Origin: an uncultured Actinomycetota bacterium
GTDB taxonomy: Bacteria; Actinomycetota; UBA4738; HRBIN12
Reading direction: 5' to 3'
Assembly (NCBI GenBank): GCA_963737525.1
Contig: CAVTTD010000016.1
Span: 4,209 to 68,208 of the forward strand
Length of the DNA: 64,000 nucleotides
Positions 60,018 through 64,000 of the stretch are shown here, one piece after another. The position numbers were made by a program, and so were the translations under genes. Under the pieces are notes generated by a model. The model ran no database searches and was not told the DNA's origin. It saw only the letters and a program-made list of their open reading frames with translations. Every line of letters begins with the position of its first letter. The stretch's first letter is position 1.

Positions 60018-61304
60018 ATGGACGTTCGAGAGCGGATCGCGCAAGAAGCGGAAGAGCTGGAGCGGCGGTGGGCGCGTGACCCCCGCTGGGCGGGGGTCAC
60101 GCGGCCCTACGCCGCGGAGGACGTGATCCGACTCCGCGGCTCGCTCCGCCAGGAACACTCACTGGCGCGTCACGGCGCCGAGCGGCTCTGGGATCTCCTC
60201 CACACCGAGGAACACGTGGCCGCCCTCGGGTGCCTCACCGGCGGGCAGGCCGTGGAGTGCATGAAGGCGGGACTCCAGGCCATCTACCTCTCCGGCTGGC
60301 AGGTCGCCGCCGACGCGAACCTCGCCGGCCAGACCTACCCGGACCAGTCGCTGTATCCCGCCAACTCGGTGCCCACCGTCGTGCGGAGGATCAACAGCGC
60401 GCTGCGGCGCGCCGATCAGATCGCCTGGTCGACGGGCGAGCACGATCGCGAGTGGCTCGCGCCGATCGTCGCCGACGCCGAGGCCGGGTTCGGCGGACAC
60501 CTGAACGCGTTCGAGCTCATGGGCGCGATGATCGAGGCCGGCGCCGCCGGCGTGCACTTCGAGGACCAGCTCGCGTCCGAGAAGAAGTGCGGCCACCTGG
60601 GCGGCAAGGTGCTCGTGCCGACCGAGCAGTTCGAACGAACCCTGACCGCCGCGCGCCTGGCCGCCGACGTGGCCGACGTGCCGACGATCGTGATCGCGCG
60701 GACCGATGCGTTGTCCGCCTCGCTCCTGACCTCCGACGTCGACGAGCGCGACCGCCGCTTCCTCACGGGCGAGCGGACGCCCGAGGGGTTCTTCCGGGTC
60801 CGCGACGGCATGGAAGCGGCGGTCGCGCGCGGGCTCGCCTACGCGCCTTTCGCCGACATGCTCTGGTGCGAGACCTCGACGCCCGATCTCGACGAAGCGC
60901 GGACCTTCGCCGAGGCGATCCTCGACGCCCACCCGGACAAGCTCCTCGCCTACAACTGCTCTCCCTCGTTCAACTGGAAGCAGCACCTCGACGACGAGGA
61001 GATCGCCCGGTTCCGCAAGGAGCTGGCCGCGATGGGTTATCGCTTCCAGTTCGTCACGCTCGCAGGGTTCCACGCCTTGAACGCGTCGATGTTCGAGCTC
61101 GCGCACGGCTACGCCGAGGAGGGGATGACCGCCTACGTCCGGCTCCAGCAGCGGGAGATGGCGCTCGAGCCCGACGGCTACACGGCAACCCGACACCAAC
61201 AGGAGGTCGGGACCGGCTACTTCGACCTCGTCTCGAAGGTGATCTCCGGCGGCACGTCGTCGACCACCGCACTGGACGGGTCCACCGAGCGCGCCCAGTT
61301 CTGA
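60018..61304 (+). CDS. aceA: Isocitrate lyase
   Basis: 428 aa. GGAGG RBS. Catalytic signature [36 protein letters not shown]. Confidence 0.93.
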   Translation: MDVRERIAQEAEELERRWARDPRWAGVTRPYAAEDVIRLRGSLRQEHSLARHGAERLWDLLHTEEHVAALGCLTGGQAVECMKAGLQAIYLSGWQVAADANLAGQTYPDQSLYPANSVPTVVRRINSALRRADQIAWSTGEHDREWLAPIVADAEAGFGGHLNAFELMGAMIEAGAAGVHFEDQLASEKKCGHLGGKVLVPTEQFERTLTAARLAADVADVPTIVIARTDALSASLLTSDVDERDRRFLTGERTPEGFFRVRDGMEAAVARGLAYAPFADMLWCETSTPDLDEARTFAEAILDAHPDKLLAYNCSPSFNWKQHLDDEEIARFRKELAAMGYRFQFVTLAGFHALNASMFELAHGYAEEGMTAYVRLQQREMALEPDGYTATRHQQEVGTGYFDLVSKVISGGTSSTTALDGSTERAQF

Positions 61305-61379
61305 ACGCGACACCGGCGACGAGCCGGCCACCTATCATCGACGGCTGGCCCTGGAGCCAGATGGGAAGGCAGACGTTCG

Positions 61380-62669
61380 ATGGACCGAGCCGTGGATGTC
61401 GCCGTCGTCGGGGGCGGACTCGCAGGTCTCACCGCGGCCCGGGAGCTCGGTCGGCGCGGCCGGAGCGTGGTCCTGCTCGAAGGACGTGACCGGCTGGGCG
61501 GACGGGCGTGGGTCTCGTCGTTCGCAGGCGTCGACGTCGAGATGGGCGGCGCCTTCGTCCATTGGACCCAGCCGCACCTGTGGGCGGAGGTCACCCGATA
61601 CGGCCTGGGCATCTTCGAGCTCCCCGAAGCCGACCGCGCACTTCTGCGGAGAGACGACGGGATCGAGGAGCTCGACGAGAAGGCGTTCCTCGACCTCAAC
61701 GAGGCGTTCGAGCGGCTCTGCGCGGGGACCGAGGCGTACCTCGCCCAACCGATGTCGATCCCCGAGGGTGCGGCCGCCGTGGAGGCGGATCTCGTCACCA
61801 CCGCCGAGCGGATCGCCGCCCTCGACCTCGAACCGAGGATCCGGGACCTCCTGGACGGGCTCTGCGCGGGCCTGAGCTCGGCGCCGAACGACCAGGTGGG
61901 GTTCCTGACGATCGCCCGGTCGTTCGCCCTCGCCGGCTTCGTCGGGCAGATGGTCCTGGATACGAACGGCCGATGGGCGCTCGAGGGAGGAACCGCCTCG
62001 CTGGTCGACGCGATGCACCGCGACCTGCGCGCGGACGTGCGCCTCGGCACGCGGGTCGAAGAGATCGCGCAGGACGAGACGGGCGTGACCGTGCGCACGA
62101 CGGACGGAGAGCTCGCGGCCTCCGCGGCGATCGTCGCGGTCCCCGTCAACGCGCTCGGCGCCATCCGCTTCGACCCGGCGCTCTCGGAACGCAAACGCGA
62201 GGCCGCGGAGGAGGGGCTCGTGAGCCTCGGCGTCAAGGTGTGGGCCAAGGTCGCGGCCGGCTCTCCGTCGACGTTCGCGGTGGCGCCGGGTCGCTTCCCC
62301 TTGTCGTTCGTCGAGACGGTCGCGCCCACGCCGGACGGGGGGACGGTCGTCGTGGGGTTCGGTCCCTCCGCGGCGCTCCTGTCCCCGGACGATCCCGAGC
62401 CGGTGGCGCGGGCCATCGAGGACATGATCCCCGGTGCTCGCGTGGAAGAGGTGGGCGGCCACGACTGGGTCCGCGATCCCCTCGTCGGGGAAACGTGGGC
62501 GTCGTACGGCCCGGGTACGTCGCTGCGGTGGCTCCCGGAGCTCGAGCGAGGGGAGGGCCGAGTCGCGTTCGCCGGGGGCGACTTCGCCCGGGGCTGGGGC
62601 TCCTACATGGACGGGGCGATCGAGACCGGGCTCCGCGCGAGCCGCGAGGTCGAGGCGATCCTCTCGTGA
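61380..62669 (+). CDS. Flavin-containing amine oxidase family protein
   Basis: VAVVGGGLAGLTAARELGRRGRSVVLLEGRDRLGGR dinucleotide fold. C-terminal FAGGD....WGSYMDGAIE.G motif. Confidence 0.8.
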   Translation: MDRAVDVAVVGGGLAGLTAARELGRRGRSVVLLEGRDRLGGRAWVSSFAGVDVEMGGAFVHWTQPHLWAEVTRYGLGIFELPEADRALLRRDDGIEELDEKAFLDLNEAFERLCAGTEAYLAQPMSIPEGAAAVEADLVTTAERIAALDLEPRIRDLLDGLCAGLSSAPNDQVGFLTIARSFALAGFVGQMVLDTNGRWALEGGTASLVDAMHRDLRADVRLGTRVEEIAQDETGVTVRTTDGELAASAAIVAVPVNALGAIRFDPALSERKREAAEEGLVSLGVKVWAKVAAGSPSTFAVAPGRFPLSFVETVAPTPDGGTVVVGFGPSAALLSPDDPEPVARAIEDMIPGARVEEVGGHDWVRDPLVGETWASYGPGTSLRWLPELERGEGRVAFAGGDFARGWGSYMDGAIETGLRASREVEAILS

Positions 62670-63593
62670 ACCCGGCGCGCGAAACGATCCTCCTCGCCGC
62701 GCGGAACCATTGGCTGGGCGATCACCTCCCGCGGCTCCGGTTCGTCCGCGCGACCGTCGGGCGCTTCATGCCCGGCGAGACGATGGAGGACGCCCTCGAG
62801 GCCGCGGAACGACTTGCGGCGGAAGGGATCCCGGTGACGTTCACGTTCCTGGGCGAGAACATCGAGAGCGCGGCCGACGCCGATGCCGTCGCGGAGCACT
62901 ACCTCCGGCTCCTCGACCTGATCGAAGGGCGAGGTCTCGACGCCGAGGTCTCCGTGAAGCCGACGCACCTGGGTCTGGACCTCGACCCGGAGGAGACGTT
63001 CCAACGACTGCGCCGCCTCGCGAAGCGCTCCGCCGCCCTGGGCAAGCATCTGTTCCTCGACATGGAGTCGGTTCCCTACGTCGATCCGACCCTCGCGATC
63101 TACCGGAGGCTCCGCGAGGAGTTCGAGAACACCGGCGTGTGCATCCAGGCCTACCTCCATCGCACGCCCCAAGACGTCGCGGACCTGCTGGCGGTGGACG
63201 CGTCCATCCGCCTCGTGAAGGGCGCCTACCGGGAACCCGGCGACCACGTGATCAGGAACCGCCGCACGATCCGCGCGACCTTCCGAGAAGCTGGCGCTCG
63301 AGTTCCTCCGGTTGTCCGGCGGCGGCCGCCTGGCCCTCGCGACACACGACGTTCCGATGCTCGCGGAGATCGAGCGGCGGGCGGCCGCCGCCGGCTTCGA
63401 CAAGAGCGCCTACGAGATCCAGATGCTCTACGGGATCCGCGTCGCGGACCAACGACGGCTCGCCGCCGAGGGCTTCCGCGTTCGCGTCCTGATCAGCTAC
63501 GGCACCCACTGGTACCCCTGGTTCATGCGGCGCCTCGCCGAGCACCCCGGGAACGTGTGGCTCGCAGTCCGGAACCTGATCGCGCGCGGCTGA
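62666..63593 (+). pseudogene. Proline dehydrogenase (monofunctional PRODH type), one frame disruption
   Basis: FMPGETMEDAL...KPTHLG...FLDMES...IQAYL.R...IRLVKGAY. Switch at about 63284 into EKLALEFL...LATHD...YEIQMLYGIR...VLISYG..WYPWFMRRLAE.P.N. GTG overlaps the amine oxidase stop. Confidence 0.8.
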
Positions 63594-63625
63594 GTCTGCG
63601 GATGACCGCCTCCTAGACTGGCTCG

Positions 63626-64000
63626 ATGTCCCGACGCCTTCACGGAGCGATCGCGGCGGCCGTCACGCCGCTCAAGGACGGCGGCCGCTCGATCGACCCG
63701 GATGCCTTCGAGGGACTCGTCGGGTTCCTGGCGAACGGGGGCATCGACGGCCTCCTCGCCTGCGGCACCACCGGTGAGGGCGTTCTCCTCTCGGTCGAAG
63801 AACGCCGTCACGTCGCCGAAGCTTTCCTCGCCGTCCGCCCGCACGACTTCCAGATCGCGATCCACGCGGGAGCGCAGACGACGCGAGACACGGTCGCCCT
63901 CTCCGCCCACGCCCTGGAGATCGGTGCCGATGCCGTCGCGGTGATCGCGCCCCCCTACTACCAGCTCGGGTCGCGAGAGCTTTTCGATCACTTGCGCTCG
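63626..64000 (+). CDS. DapA-family (dihydrodipicolinate synthase / N-acetylneuraminate lyase superfamily) protein, 5' partial, runs off the right edge
   Basis: My translation from ATG 63626: MSRRLHGAIAAAVTPLKDGGRSIDPDAFEGLVGFLANGGIDGLLACGTTGEGVLLSVEER...IAPPYY, 125 codons with no stop. It is absent from the ORF track because it has no stop in the window. Confidence 0.75.
   Translation, partial: MSRRLHGAIAAAVTPLKDGGRSIDPDAFEGLVGFLANGGIDGLLACGTTGEGVLLSVEERRHVAEAFLAVRPHDFQIAIHAGAQTTRDTVALSAHALEIGADAVAVIAPPYYQLGSRELFDHLRS

Noticed and set aside
231-63593. Programmed ribosomal frameshifting as an explanation for the frame switches.
   Set aside because: Both +1 and -1 changes occur in unrelated housekeeping genes. 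I saw no shared slippery heptamer or downstream structure. None of these families is known to use recoding.

Overview
The window is about 70% G+C and densely coding: roughly 70 protein genes, 5 tRNAs and almost no non-coding DNA. It reads as actinobacterial-type chromosomal core rather than an accessory island. I saw no transposase, integrase, CRISPR array or rRNA.

Recognisable blocks, left to right:
- tadA, pncB, and leuCD divergent from an IclR (LtbR-like) regulator, with a twin palindromic AT-rich operator between them.
- A LuxR-type STAND ATPase regulator followed by a ferredoxin-fused class III nucleotide cyclase and an MFS transporter.
- All nine genes of the coproporphyrin-dependent heme pathway in two clusters: hemA-hemC-hemD, hemB and hemL, then hemE-hemH-hemY-hemQ.
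- msrA, a tandem-CDGSH iron-sulfur protein and a UvrD-like helicase.
- A second cyclase joined to a transmembrane beta-propeller protein.
- A GAF histidine kinase divergent from a five-PAS protein that has no output domain.
- A DUF4446-bactofilin-serS string and a secreted lysyl-oxidase-like copper enzyme.
- The conserved fhaA-fhaB-pstP-rodA-pbpA-pknB cell-wall signalling cluster, followed by a large ThyX-superfamily gene.
- hisDCBHAFI, then antisense DivIVA-like and agmatine deiminase genes, then hisG.
- A GNAT acetyltransferase, isocitrate lyase, and an amine oxidase / proline dehydrogenase / DapA-like trio.

The most striking sequence-level feature is the number of single-base frame disruptions. 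By manual count there are about 30-35 events in about 20 otherwise well-conserved genes. They are very unevenly spread: seven fall within 600 bp of the pknB PASTA region, while hisDCBHAFI and hemEHYQ have none. I mark these loci as frame-disrupted and cannot tell assembly indels from real pseudogenes.

All family assignments come from motif recognition by eye; no database search was run. The candidates I consider least explored are the split LAL-regulator / ferredoxin-cyclase operon, the cyclase-propeller protein, the ThyX-like gene coupled to pknB, and the PAS-only protein.
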